A DNA stretch of 60,496 bases from Candidatus Adlerbacteria bacterium RIFCSPLOWO2_01_FULL_51_16 (GCA_001775485.1 MEWX01000014.1:29479-89974); one strand, 5' to 3'; counted from the stretch's first letter, positions 1 to 9,047 are shown. Notes: generated by a model from the sequence alone, not told the origin. A program made the numbers and translations.

Positions 1-31
1 CCAGACTGAATAGTCGGGTACCCTTTTTATT

Positions 32-667
32 ATGCAAAAGGCCCCAACCAAGCGGCAAAAAGACCTTCTTAGCGTGATATATAACTACCTTGCAAGTACC
101 GGCTACCCCCCCACTTTCGAAGAAATGCGTGAAAATCTTGGCGTATCGTCCAACCAGTCAATTGTCGACCTGCTAGAAAAGCTCCGCAAGGGCGGCTATA
201 TCAAGAAAGACAGCGGGGCTCGTAGCCATGCCATTCTCCAATTGGGGTATGTAGCAATTGGCCGCCCAGCGCTGGCTCCTGTCCTCGGCACGACTACGGC
301 AGGCCTTCCCGTTGAATCTATAGAGATTGCAGGGGAGTGGCGTTCTATATCCTCGGATGTCGCAAGATTTGTCGAGGATGTGTTTATGCTCAAGATATCA
401 GGTAATTCCATGATTAACGCAGGTATCGATGATGGCGACGCCGTACTAGTGCAGACAATGAAAGAATTTGTGTCAGGGGATATTGTCTTTGCAGAAATTG
501 GCGATGAGGGCACGGTCAAGCGGTTCATGTCGGAGGACAAGCCGCCCTATGTGTATCTCAAGCCAGAAAATCCAAACTATAAAAATATCCTTTTTACCGA
601 CGACATACGACTCAAAGGCAAGGTCATCTCTGTGCTGAAGAGCGAACGTTGGCAGTCGGTAAAATAA
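32..667 (+). CDS. lexA: LexA-family transcriptional repressor (winged HTH + S24 autopeptidase)
   Basis: N-terminal TKRQ...GYPPTFEE wHTH, Ala-Gly cleavage site (TTAGLP), catalytic Ser (SGNSM) and Lys (TVKR). Confidence 0.9.
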   Translation: MQKAPTKRQKDLLSVIYNYLASTGYPPTFEEMRENLGVSSNQSIVDLLEKLRKGGYIKKDSGARSHAILQLGYVAIGRPALAPVLGTTTAGLPVESIEIAGEWRSISSDVARFVEDVFMLKISGNSMINAGIDDGDAVLVQTMKEFVSGDIVFAEIGDEGTVKRFMSEDKPPYVYLKPENPNYKNILFTDDIRLKGKVISVLKSERWQSVK

Positions 668-669
668 CT

Positions 670-2616
670 ATGGTTACAAAGAAACCAAATCGCACAGAAG
701 AGATTATCGGGAAAATCTTTCGTGATACCGAAATGGCGTTCGGTCTGAAAGAGTTCGAAGGTATCGACATATACAAAGTCCTTGAAATTACGGAGGAGGA
801 AAAAGATCGCTACTACCTTAAAGATCTAAAATCCGGCAAATCACGGTTTGTGTTCGACGAGAAGAAAGGCACCGGTAAGCCAGAAGAAATCGTACGCCAG
901 CTTTGGCTCCATAAACTTAACGTGCACTACAAATATCCGCTTGACCGCATGGATACAGAAAAAGATATTCACTTCGGGCGCGAGATACACAGCAAGGCGG
1001 TGGACATTGTGGTCTATAAGAAGGACAAAATCACACCGTACATTCTCGTGGAGGTGAAAGCGCCGAGTGAAAGCAAAGGGATTGATCAAATGAAGGGATA
1101 TCTGAACGCAGAAGGCTCGGAAATCGGTGTCTGGTCCAATGGCAGAAAGCGAGTCATTCTCTACCGTCCGTATCCGAAAGAGTTTGATGATACGTTGCCG
1201 GATCTGCCTACGGCCGACAAAACAATAGATGATCTACTTGAGTCTAAAAAGACTTATTTTGAGTACACAACTACAAAGGTAAGTCTCAAAGACACCGTCG
1301 AGTCCATGGAAGAATTGGTGCTTGCGAACTCGGGCGACGATGTATTTACTGAAGTCTTTAAGCTAGTTTACGCGAAGCTCTACGATGAACAAGAGGCAAA
1401 ATTACATAGACCAGACAGCGAAGTTTTTTTCCGAAAATATCGCGATCCAGCGAAGACCTATGCAGTAATCAATGAACTTTTCAAGAAAGCGATAAAACGA
1501 TGGCCGGGGACATTCTACGACCAAGAGAATATAAATCTTTCGGCTGAACATCTTTCTATTGTCGTGGGCGAATTGGAGAGGACGCGTCTTTTCGGATCCG
1601 ATCTTTCCATTATTGACGAAGCGTTTGAACATCTTATTCCGGAGGTGGCAAAGGGGAAAAAGGGCCAATATTTCACTCCACGACACGTCATCGGGATGGC
1701 GGTGAAAATGCTTGATCCGAAGGCAGGCGAGTATGTGATTGACCCTGCGGCGGGTTCCGGCGGCTTTTTGATCGGTGCGATGTATTGGGCGAAGGAAAAG
1801 CACCTGCGAGGCTCGGAAGAAGCAATGCGCGAATACGCAAAAGATTATATTTGGGGAATCGATTTTGCAGAGGAAATCTCAAAAGTGTCCCGTGCCTTAA
1901 TGCTTATCGCGGGGGATGGGCGCTCCCATTTGTTCAAGCTCAATTCTCTTGATTCGCGCGAATGGCAGGGCGAGGATGCCCAGTTGCTCGATGCGCGCTC
2001 CAAATTACAGACGCGACTTCTTGATATGAGGTCGAGCGCGGACAACGCCGAGAACAAGAAGACCTTTCACTACATGAACTTCGACGTCTTGCTGACGAAC
2101 CCGCCGTTTGCAGGTGAGATAAAAGACCAAGGGCTTTTGCGCCAGTATTTCTTCGGCAAGAAAAAAGGAAAGCTCATCAATAAAATCGAGCGGCATATTC
2201 TCTTTATCGAACGCACACTCGACATGCTTCGCCCTGGCGGGCGAATGGCGATTGTTTTACCGCAGGGCGTACTTAACAACACCAACATGGAAAACGTACG
2301 TGAGTATCTTTTTGAGAAAGCTCGCATCCTCGCGGTGGTCGGGCTTCACGGCAACACCTTCAAGCCGCATACGGGTACCAAGACGAGTGTACTTTTCTTG
2401 CAGAAGTGGGGAGCCGAAGCGGGAGAACCGCAAAAGGACTATCCAATCTTTATGGCCGTCTCAAAAAAAGGAGGCAAAGATAATTCCGGCGATTATATCC
2501 ACAAGAAAGGCTCGAATGGAGAATATGTTCACGATACCAAAGGCCGCAAAGTCCTCGATCACGACCTCGACGAAATCGCGGACGGGTTCTTGAAATTTTT
2601 TGACGATAAAAAATAA
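670..2616 (+). CDS. Restriction endonuclease (HsdR_N-like PD-(D/E)xK) / N6-adenine methyltransferase fusion, Type IIG/IIB-like RM subunit
   Basis: PEEIVRQ and VDIVVY...ILVEVK nuclease motifs, SAM-binding DPAAGSGGF and catalytic NPPF; ATG at 670 is 2 nt after the lexA stop. Confidence 0.85.
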   Translation: MVTKKPNRTEEIIGKIFRDTEMAFGLKEFEGIDIYKVLEITEEEKDRYYLKDLKSGKSRFVFDEKKGTGKPEEIVRQLWLHKLNVHYKYPLDRMDTEKDIHFGREIHSKAVDIVVYKKDKITPYILVEVKAPSESKGIDQMKGYLNAEGSEIGVWSNGRKRVILYRPYPKEFDDTLPDLPTADKTIDDLLESKKTYFEYTTTKVSLKDTVESMEELVLANSGDDVFTEVFKLVYAKLYDEQEAKLHRPDSEVFFRKYRDPAKTYAVINELFKKAIKRWPGTFYDQENINLSAEHLSIVVGELERTRLFGSDLSIIDEAFEHLIPEVAKGKKGQYFTPRHVIGMAVKMLDPKAGEYVIDPAAGSGGFLIGAMYWAKEKHLRGSEEAMREYAKDYIWGIDFAEEISKVSRALMLIAGDGRSHLFKLNSLDSREWQGEDAQLLDARSKLQTRLLDMRSSADNAENKKTFHYMNFDVLLTNPPFAGEIKDQGLLRQYFFGKKKGKLINKIERHILFIERTLDMLRPGGRMAIVLPQGVLNNTNMENVREYLFEKARILAVVGLHGNTFKPHTGTKTSVLFLQKWGAEAGEPQKDYPIFMAVSKKGGKDNSGDYIHKKGSNGEYVHDTKGRKVLDHDLDEIADGFLKFFDDKK

Positions 2617-2620
2617 TTCC

Positions 2621-3337
2621 ATGTCGTCTTTAATAAACTCAATCAAATCTGTTAGAAAGGGCGTAGTTGCTATAGCTTATAAACAACACAACGTGCTCGA
2701 TAATTCTGATCAGATTTCTGTGGCAGGGACGGGATTTCTTTTTTCTAAAGAAAAGTTGCTGATCTGTACCTGTGCTCATGTTGTCGCACCTAATGGCATA
2801 CAGCGAACCGATGCACAGCTTCAGGTTGGAATTGTGACTGAAAGAAATGTTGTTGGATATCCAGCAAAAATAGTGAGTCTAGATTTCAAAAAAGACTTGG
2901 CCATACTTAATGTGCCATCGGGAGATCCAAAAGTCATAGCAACCTTGGAAGAATTGAAACTGGGAGATTCAAAGCCTCTTGAACAAGGCGAGGAAATAGG
3001 GTTTCTCGGTTTTCCTTTTGGAATGGTTCTCAGCAACGACATAACACCTTCTGCGGCAAAAGGTATAATCTCGGCATTCAGAAGAGATTTGACCACAGGT
3101 TCGACAGAACTGATACAGCTTGACGCTGTCGTGGGTGGAGGAAACAGTGGCGCTCCGGTTTTTCTTTCCTCAACATCAGAAGTCATTGCAATCGTAAAAG
3201 GGAGATTTGATCCGCTAATGAAGGGAAGGCCACCAAAATTAATAATTGATGGCGAACCTCTTGAAATTTTTACAAATATTGGCTTTGCACAGCCAATAAA
3301 TGTTGCCAAGGGCTTTTTGCTTTCCTCTCTAAAATGA
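2621..3337 (+). CDS. Trypsin-like (S1) serine protease, apparently cytoplasmic
   Basis: GTGF, TCAHV (His), DLA (Asp) and GGNSGAP (Ser) triad motifs; no signal peptide or PDZ domain visible; AT-richer than flanking genes. Confidence 0.85.
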   Translation: MSSLINSIKSVRKGVVAIAYKQHNVLDNSDQISVAGTGFLFSKEKLLICTCAHVVAPNGIQRTDAQLQVGIVTERNVVGYPAKIVSLDFKKDLAILNVPSGDPKVIATLEELKLGDSKPLEQGEEIGFLGFPFGMVLSNDITPSAAKGIISAFRRDLTTGSTELIQLDAVVGGGNSGAPVFLSSTSEVIAIVKGRFDPLMKGRPPKLIIDGEPLEIFTNIGFAQPINVAKGFLLSSLK

Positions 3338-4704
3338 TTGCTTATTCCGTAATCTCAAAGTCCCAACTTGAAGGCACAAGGCGGCTCGATGCTGAATATT
3401 ATCAGCCGGAATATTTGGAAATTGTGCAGAAAATCCAGTCTGTTCCGCATACGTCTTTGGATAGTTATGCAGAGAAAGTATTTAGCGGACCTTTCGGATC
3501 AACCCTCAAAAGTGAGTCATATCAAGAAACAGGAGTCCCGTTTATTAGAATCAGCGACATATCTGATCTCTTCATCGATCAAGACACTCTAGTTTTTATT
3601 TCGCCGAGTGAACACAAACGAATTTATAGCACCCATTTGAGTGTTGGGGATATAGTTTTATCCAAAATCGGGACAGTTGGAAGGTTGTCGGTGATTTCTG
3701 AAGAACTTGGGGAGGTAAACATCAGCGAGAACAATATCGGAATTAGATTATCAAAACTTCCTGAAGAAAAAAAGATAGCACTACTCTTTCTACTACTTGG
3801 TAAATACGGTCAAAAGCAGCTCCTAAGGAAAGCAAGCGGCAACATTCAGCTTAAACTAAACGTTAGCGATGTTGAGTCTATACAAGTACCGATTTTCGAT
3901 GAGGTGATGCTGCGAGCACTAATGGATATTTATACAGATTTCTTGTCAAAAAGAAATGAGAGCGACTCTCTTTACTTACAAGCCGAGAATCTACTCTTGG
4001 AAAAATTGGGACTCAAAAATTTCAAGGCCGATGAAGATTTGTACAGCGTTGTGAATTTCTCGAATATAAAATCGGCGAATCGGATGGATGCCGAATACTT
4101 TCAGCCGAAGTACGAGAGACTCATTGTTAAACTTAAAGCACAAAAGGCGCAGCCGTTGGTAGATGTACTGGAGAGTATATCGGCGAAATTTAATCCGCTG
4201 ACCCAAGCAGATAAAATTTTTAAGTATGTTGAGCTTTCAAATATCAACGGCTCCATAGGGATAATCGATGGTTATACAGAAACATCGGGAAGAGAGGCAC
4301 CAAGTCGGGCGAAGCGCGTTTTAAAAAAAGGCGATGTCGTCGTTTCAACGGTTGAAGGATCGCTTGGTAAGGTTGCACTTGTTCATAAAGAACAGGAGGG
4401 GTGCCTGGCGTCGACGGGTTTTTTTCAATTCAGAAGCGAGGATTTGTTGCCGGAAGTATTGTTAGTGATTGCCAAAAGCTTTATTTTTCACAATCAGCTT
4501 GAACAGCGTTGCGCGGGCACTATTTTGACCGCGGTGCCGAAGGATAGCATCAAAGATATTCTTGTGCCGATTTTGCCGAAAGCAACGCAGGAGAAAATTG
4601 CCGGCCTGGTTCGTGAATCGCATACCGCACGCAAAAAGGCAAAAGAACTTTTAGAAGAGGCCAAGCGCACGGTCGAAGAATTCATAGAGCAGAAAACAAA
4701 ATAA
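3334..4704 (+). CDS. RM specificity (S) subunit with two target-recognition domains
   Basis: Internal duplication RLDAEYYQP / RMDAEYFQP, SGPFGS, GVPFIRISDI and IxVP...Q helical spacers. Confidence 0.85.
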   Translation: MIAYSVISKSQLEGTRRLDAEYYQPEYLEIVQKIQSVPHTSLDSYAEKVFSGPFGSTLKSESYQETGVPFIRISDISDLFIDQDTLVFISPSEHKRIYSTHLSVGDIVLSKIGTVGRLSVISEELGEVNISENNIGIRLSKLPEEKKIALLFLLLGKYGQKQLLRKASGNIQLKLNVSDVESIQVPIFDEVMLRALMDIYTDFLSKRNESDSLYLQAENLLLEKLGLKNFKADEDLYSVVNFSNIKSANRMDAEYFQPKYERLIVKLKAQKAQPLVDVLESISAKFNPLTQADKIFKYVELSNINGSIGIIDGYTETSGREAPSRAKRVLKKGDVVVSTVEGSLGKVALVHKEQEGCLASTGFFQFRSEDLLPEVLLVIAKSFIFHNQLEQRCAGTILTAVPKDSIKDILVPILPKATQEKIAGLVRESHTARKKAKELLEEAKRTVEEFIEQKTK

Positions 4705-4747
4705 GCGAGTGGAAACTTGGGGGATTTGGGGTTGATTGTAAAGAAAG

Positions 4748-5044
4748 ATGAGTTTAATACTGAAGCGGCCCAGTGCGTGGGTGCCGATTGCATTGTCGCT
4801 CGCCATGCTGGCGTTCATCCTTATTCTCCTTGGCGTATACGGTGTTCCTACCCCCGACCCCAATGCAGATGAGGGGACAGCCGCGCACCTCTTTCAGCTC
4901 TGGTTGGTTTTAGAAATATTTTTGGTGGCATTTTTTGCAATCAAGTGGCTCCCACGCGCTCCGGGGCCGGCATTCCTCGTTCTAGTGGTCCAAATCGCCG
5001 CCGCCCTCGCCGCCTGCGCCCCCGTCTTCCTCCTCCACCTCTAA
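4748..5044 (+). CDS. Small three-TM membrane protein
   Basis: Three hydrophobic segments and a DEGTAAHLFQL motif. Confidence 0.7.
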   Translation: MSLILKRPSAWVPIALSLAMLAFILILLGVYGVPTPDPNADEGTAAHLFQLWLVLEIFLVAFFAIKWLPRAPGPAFLVLVVQIAAALAACAPVFLLHL

Positions 5045-5071
5045 CCACAGAATTATCGCCCCCCACCCATC

Positions 5072-5347
5072 ATTCTAGCTTTTTGCAAAAAGCTGTAATA
5101 GCTCAATAATCATCCAAATTACCCGTCCACCTTTTCACCCCGCATTCTTTAAGGCCCCCACCCCCCTCCCTTATTTTTTAACGCATCAGCTCTTATTCTA
5201 GTGTTTTGCAAAACACTGCAATAGCCCAATAATCACCCAAATCACTAATCTACTTTTTCACCCCGTATTCTTTAAGGCCCCCACTCCCCTCCCTTATTTT
5301 TTAACGCATCAGCTCTTATTCTAGTATTTTGCAAAACACTGCAATAG
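5072..5347. repeat. Tandem array with 123-bp period: three ~30-bp palindromes (5072-5101, 5195-5224, 5318-5347) separated by two near-identical 93-bp C/T-rich spacers
   Basis: ATTCTAG(C/T)(T/G/A)TTTTGCAAAA(A/C)(G/A)CTG(T/C)AATAG recurs at an exact 123-nt spacing, and the two spacers align end to end. Confidence 0.95.
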
Positions 5348-5357
5348 GGAATATACT
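5329..5357 (+). promoter_or_regulatory. Sigma70-type promoter for ArsR gene 1, overlapped by the palindrome (candidate operator)
   Basis: TTGCAA (5329-5334), a 17-nt spacer and TATACT (5352-5357), 8 nt before the ATG. Confidence 0.7.
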
Positions 5358-5365
5358 GCGCGCAT

Positions 5366-5641
5366 ATGGCCACACCAAACTATCGGGCGCTGGAGCGCAT
5401 TGTAAAGGGATTTGCCAATCATCGGCGCTTGCAAATCCTCGATCTGCTCAAGAGGGAACCGGAACTCTCGGTTGCCGATATTGCGGAGCGGTTGAATATC
5501 GGGTATGAAAACACCTCCGACCATATCCGAAAAATGGCCATAGCCGGCCTTCTTCTCAAACGCAACCAAGGCCCTGCCGTACTCCATAAACTCACACCCC
5601 GCGCCGAAGCTATTCTAGTGTTTTGCAAAAAACTGCAATAG
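5366..5641 (+). CDS. ArsR/SmtB-family winged-helix regulator (copy 1)
   Basis: KGFANHRRLQILDLL...ELSVADIA...SDHIRKM; the last 30 nt are a copy of the upstream palindrome. Confidence 0.85.
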   Translation: MATPNYRALERIVKGFANHRRLQILDLLKREPELSVADIAERLNIGYENTSDHIRKMAIAGLLLKRNQGPAVLHKLTPRAEAILVFCKKLQ

Positions 5642-5709
5642 CGAACAAAATGCAGTGGAAACGGCCATTTGATATACTTACAACCTTAACCTTCTAATCA
5701 AAAATATAT

Positions 5710-6093
5710 ATGGCTAAATATGTTGATGGGTTTGTATTGGTAGTGCCTAAGAGCAAGATTGCGGCCTACCGCACAATGGCTGCTGCCGGGGCGAGGATGT
5801 GGAAGAAACATGGCGCCCTCGACTACAAGGAGTGCATAGGAGACGACCTCAACCCCCATATGGGTGGGATGCCAGCGCTCACATTTCCGAAGTTGGTTAA
5901 GCTCAAAAAGGGCGAGACGGTGGCTTTCTCTTACATTGTGTACAAAAGCCGTGCGCACCGAGACCAAGTTAATAAAAAGGTGATGGCACAAATGGATAAA
6001 GAGTATAAGGGCAAGAAGATGCCGCCCATGCCCTTTGATATGAAGCGCATGGCCTACGGCGGCTTTAAAGTCATCGTCAGCGCAGGAAAATAG
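5710..6093 (+). CDS. DUF1428 (YbaA-like) protein
   Basis: YVDGFVLVVP, HGALDYKEC, SRAHRD and MPFDMKRMAYGGF motifs. Confidence 0.85.
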   Translation: MAKYVDGFVLVVPKSKIAAYRTMAAAGARMWKKHGALDYKECIGDDLNPHMGGMPALTFPKLVKLKKGETVAFSYIVYKSRAHRDQVNKKVMAQMDKEYKGKKMPPMPFDMKRMAYGGFKVIVSAGK

Positions 6094-6146
6094 GTGTATA
6101 ATCATCGCTCGTTCGGAATTAAAAATAAATTCTCACTCGCTCAATT

Positions 6147-7025
6147 ATGAAAACCGCCCTTATTGCCATCGTTCTTATAGTCATAGTCGGTGCAGGCATT
6201 TATTTCGTTCCTAAATATTTTTCCGGCCCCGCGGGGCAGGAGCAACCTACTCCACCCGTGACTGAACAGGCAACTACAACGGAGCGGGCGGCCGTAGAAG
6301 CAATCGGCAAATCCGTTGAAGAGCGCGATATCACCGCATACCACTACGGCACCGGCGAAACGGAACTTCTGTTTGTCGGCGGTATCCACGGCGGATACTC
6401 ATGGAACACGGTACTCGTCGCCTACGAACTCATGGACTACTTGGCGGCAAACCCGGGCGCTATCCCCGAGAATATAACGGTAACGGTTATCCCGGTTTTG
6501 AATCCGGACGGCCTCAACAAAATTGTCGGCACTGCAGGCCGCTTTGAAGCTTCTGATGTTCCGCAAGGATCAACCGTATCGGGCCGCTTCAACGCAAACA
6601 ATGTAGACCTCAACCGCAACTTTGATTGTGAATGGCAGGCAAGTGGTACATGGCAAAACACAAAAGTAAGCGGCGGGAGCAAGGCGTTTTCCGAGCCGGA
6701 GAGTGCTGCCATCAAAGCCTTTATAGAGGCGCACAAACCGAGCGCGGCAATTGTCTGGTACAGCGCCGCAGGCGGAGTATTTGCTTCAAACTGCAACGAG
6801 GGCGTTTTGCCCGAAACGCTCGCCCTCACCAATGCGTATGCAAAAGCATCCGGCTACAAGGCCTACGAGACCTTCGACTTCTACAGCATCACCGGCGACA
6901 TGGTGAACTGGTTTGCAAAACTGGAAATCCCCGCAATCAGCGTTCTCCTCACCAACCACACGGATATAGAGTGGGAAAAGAATCTCAAAGGTATCGAGGC
7001 GCTTCTGAAAGAGTACGCCGAGTAA
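6147..7025 (+). CDS. Membrane-anchored M14 zinc carboxypeptidase homolog, probably catalytically inactive
   Basis: GGIHGG, NPDG, DLNRNF and FSEPES motifs, but the Glu/His ligands and catalytic Glu of its paralog are replaced. Confidence 0.8.
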   Translation: MKTALIAIVLIVIVGAGIYFVPKYFSGPAGQEQPTPPVTEQATTTERAAVEAIGKSVEERDITAYHYGTGETELLFVGGIHGGYSWNTVLVAYELMDYLAANPGAIPENITVTVIPVLNPDGLNKIVGTAGRFEASDVPQGSTVSGRFNANNVDLNRNFDCEWQASGTWQNTKVSGGSKAFSEPESAAIKAFIEAHKPSAAIVWYSAAGGVFASNCNEGVLPETLALTNAYAKASGYKAYETFDFYSITGDMVNWFAKLEIPAISVLLTNHTDIEWEKNLKGIEALLKEYAE

Positions 7026-7032
7026 ATTTGTT

Positions 7033-7890
7033 ATGGGCAAGTGGGGAGTCATCACCTTGCTCGCGCTTGCTGTGGTGCTTGCGGCGGGTGCGTTTGCATT
7101 TGTGCGCCTCTCTCAGATAGAGCCGCAGGTGCTACTTGCACCAAGCGAGGTGAAGACGGAAATAGTCGGCACATCGGTTGAGGGCCGCGCAATTACCGCC
7201 TACTCCTTCGGCCAGGGTGAGACGGTACTGCTTTTTGTCGGCGGAATACATGGCGGGTATGAATGGAACAGCACACTTCTTGCGTATCAGTTTATAGATT
7301 ATCTAAAAGCAAATCCGAAAGTCATTCCCCCAAATCTCACGATCGCCGTCATTCCGTCTGCTAACCCCGACGGTCTCCATGTGGTAACCGGTGCGGAAGG
7401 TCGCTTTGCCGCCGCAGACATCCCCGCACAGACAACAACGGTGCCGGGCCGCTTCAATGCAAACAATGTAGACCTCAACCGGAACTTTGATTGCAAATGG
7501 AAACCCGAGAGCATGTGGCGGGGAGAGGTGGTGAGCGCTGGGTCGGCGGCGTTTTCCGAACCGGAAGCGCGGGCTATCAGGTACTTCGTTTGGAATCACG
7601 ATCCGAGCGCCGTCGTTTTTTGGCACAGCCAATCAAACGCGGTGTATGCATCCGAGTGCGAAGAGGGGATTCTGCCAAGCACGCGTGCGGTTATGAACGC
7701 GTATGCGACTGCCTCCGGCTACCCGGCGGTCGACTCCTTTGATGCCTACGAGATCACGGGTGATGCCGAGGGGTGGCTCGCTTCCATACATATCCCCGCT
7801 ATTACCGTAGAGCTTAAAACCCACGAGGATGTCGAGTGGGAGCGCAACCTCGCCGGCGTCACCGCACTCTTTAATTTGTATAAAAAATAA
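7033..7890 (+). CDS. Membrane-anchored M14 zinc carboxypeptidase (MpaA-like)
   Basis: GIHGGYE, NPDG, RFNANNVDLNRNF, SEPE, FWHS and TVEL motifs; N-terminal TM. Confidence 0.85.
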   Translation: MGKWGVITLLALAVVLAAGAFAFVRLSQIEPQVLLAPSEVKTEIVGTSVEGRAITAYSFGQGETVLLFVGGIHGGYEWNSTLLAYQFIDYLKANPKVIPPNLTIAVIPSANPDGLHVVTGAEGRFAAADIPAQTTTVPGRFNANNVDLNRNFDCKWKPESMWRGEVVSAGSAAFSEPEARAIRYFVWNHDPSAVVFWHSQSNAVYASECEEGILPSTRAVMNAYATASGYPAVDSFDAYEITGDAEGWLASIHIPAITVELKTHEDVEWERNLAGVTALFNLYKK

Positions 7891-7906
7891 ATGATATAAT
7901 TTGACC

Positions 7907-8044
7907 ATGGATATCATCATTAATTTTTTGCAGATGGTGCTCGGGTTTTTGCTCCAGCTCATAACGCTTATCATCGGTTTCTTTATTTCCGTTCTCAACC
8001 TCATTTTGAACTTCGCTCGCGCTCTTGTCTCTACTGTTCTCTAA
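7907..8044 (+). CDS. 45-aa hydrophobic/amphipathic peptide (below the ORF-track cut-off)
   Basis: Read manually as MDIIINFLQMVLGFLLQLITLIIGFFISVLNLILNFARALVSTVL*; TATAAT lies just upstream of the ATG. Confidence 0.65.
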   Translation: MDIIINFLQMVLGFLLQLITLIIGFFISVLNLILNFARALVSTVL

Positions 8045-8088
8045 CCCCACGGTGGTAAGATTTACATATAGGATGCGTCAATAAAAAT

Positions 8089-8511
8089 ATGAAAACTACA
8101 TCCGTGGTCTTGATTTTTGTTGTAGCTGTGGCCGCTCTCGTGGGGGTGTGGCTGTTTTTGAGCGGCACTCCTGTGGGAGAAAGTTTTCTCCCCGCAAACC
8201 AAGGGGGAGAAAACCCGCCGAACTCCGCCGGGGGCGCCCCGCCGGGCTCTATACATAATCTTCCTCTGCCTCCCGCGGTTGCTGCCGCCAAGGCACGCGC
8301 CGCGGCGGATGCAAACACAACCGAAGACAAAATTTTTATTGAAACTGCCTACGAGCGCGAGTGGCCGGATGGCTGTTTGGGGCTTGCCGGTGCCGGCGAA
8401 TTTTGTACACAAGCTCTTGTCCCGGGCTGGGAGGTGACGGTTATGGTCGGCGGCGAGACCCGCGTCTACCGCACAAATATTGACGGCACAGTTATCCGCC
8501 GCGCTTCGTGA
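8089..8511 (+). CDS. Membrane-anchored hypothetical protein with a two-Cys domain
   Basis: N-terminal TM; WPDGCLGL...FCTQALVPGW motif. Confidence 0.75.
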   Translation: MKTTSVVLIFVVAVAALVGVWLFLSGTPVGESFLPANQGGENPPNSAGGAPPGSIHNLPLPPAVAAAKARAAADANTTEDKIFIETAYEREWPDGCLGLAGAGEFCTQALVPGWEVTVMVGGETRVYRTNIDGTVIRRAS

Positions 8512-9047
8512 AGATAATACTCACAATTGTTTCTGTAGTAGCGGCCGGTCTCCTCCTTTGGTTTTACGTGCCGCAGGTACGCGAGCTTGCGCCCACGCCA
8601 GGTGGAGGAGGCGGGCCTGTTGCATGCACGGCGGAGGCGATGCAGTGCCCCGACGGCAGCTGGGTCGGCCGCACGGGCCCCAATTGCGAGTTTGTCTGCC
8701 CGGGCGGCAATTCAGGCGGAGGGGGCATCTTGCCTTATAACTCCGGCATCCGCGGCACGGTCATGGTCGGCCCCACCTGCCCGGTTGAACGCATCCCGCC
8801 CGACCCAAACTGTGCCGACAAACCCCTTCAAACGCTTGTTGCAATCTACCGCCCGACCGACCTCGTACACGCGATTGTGCTCATGCAAAGCGACGCGAAG
8901 GGCACGTTTGAGGTGTCGCTCCCGCCGGGGGAGTATGCGGTCGGGGCGGGGGAAAGTACCCCCCCGAACTGCCCCTTCACAGAGGTTGTGGTAGGGCCCG
9001 ACGCCTACACCTCAATTGTCATCTCCTGCGACTCTGGCATCCGCTAG
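8508..9047 (+). CDS. Membrane-anchored Cys-rich surface protein with a carboxypeptidase-regulatory-like beta domain
   Basis: TM, CTAEAMQCPDGSWVGRTGPNCEF, GPTCPVE and GTFEVSLPPGEY. Confidence 0.75.
   Translation: MKIILTIVSVVAAGLLLWFYVPQVRELAPTPGGGGGPVACTAEAMQCPDGSWVGRTGPNCEFVCPGGNSGGGGILPYNSGIRGTVMVGPTCPVERIPPDPNCADKPLQTLVAIYRPTDLVHAIVLMQSDAKGTFEVSLPPGEYAVGAGESTPPNCPFTEVVVGPDAYTSIVISCDSGIR

Noticed and set aside
649..4704. Classical Type I RM system missing hsdR
   Set aside because: The nuclease domain is fused to the MTase and no helicase subunit is needed in this architecture, so it is better described as Type IIG/IIB-like.
4720..4740. Inverted similarity between GATTTGGGGTTGATT and the array spacer (AATCACCCAAATC)
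   Set aside because: The match is short, low-complexity and gapped, so it cannot be distinguished from chance.
5072..5347. CRISPR array (30-bp palindromic repeats at regular spacing)
   Set aside because: The spacers are 93 bp and near-identical to each other, the repeat matches a protein-coding tail, and there are no cas genes in the window.
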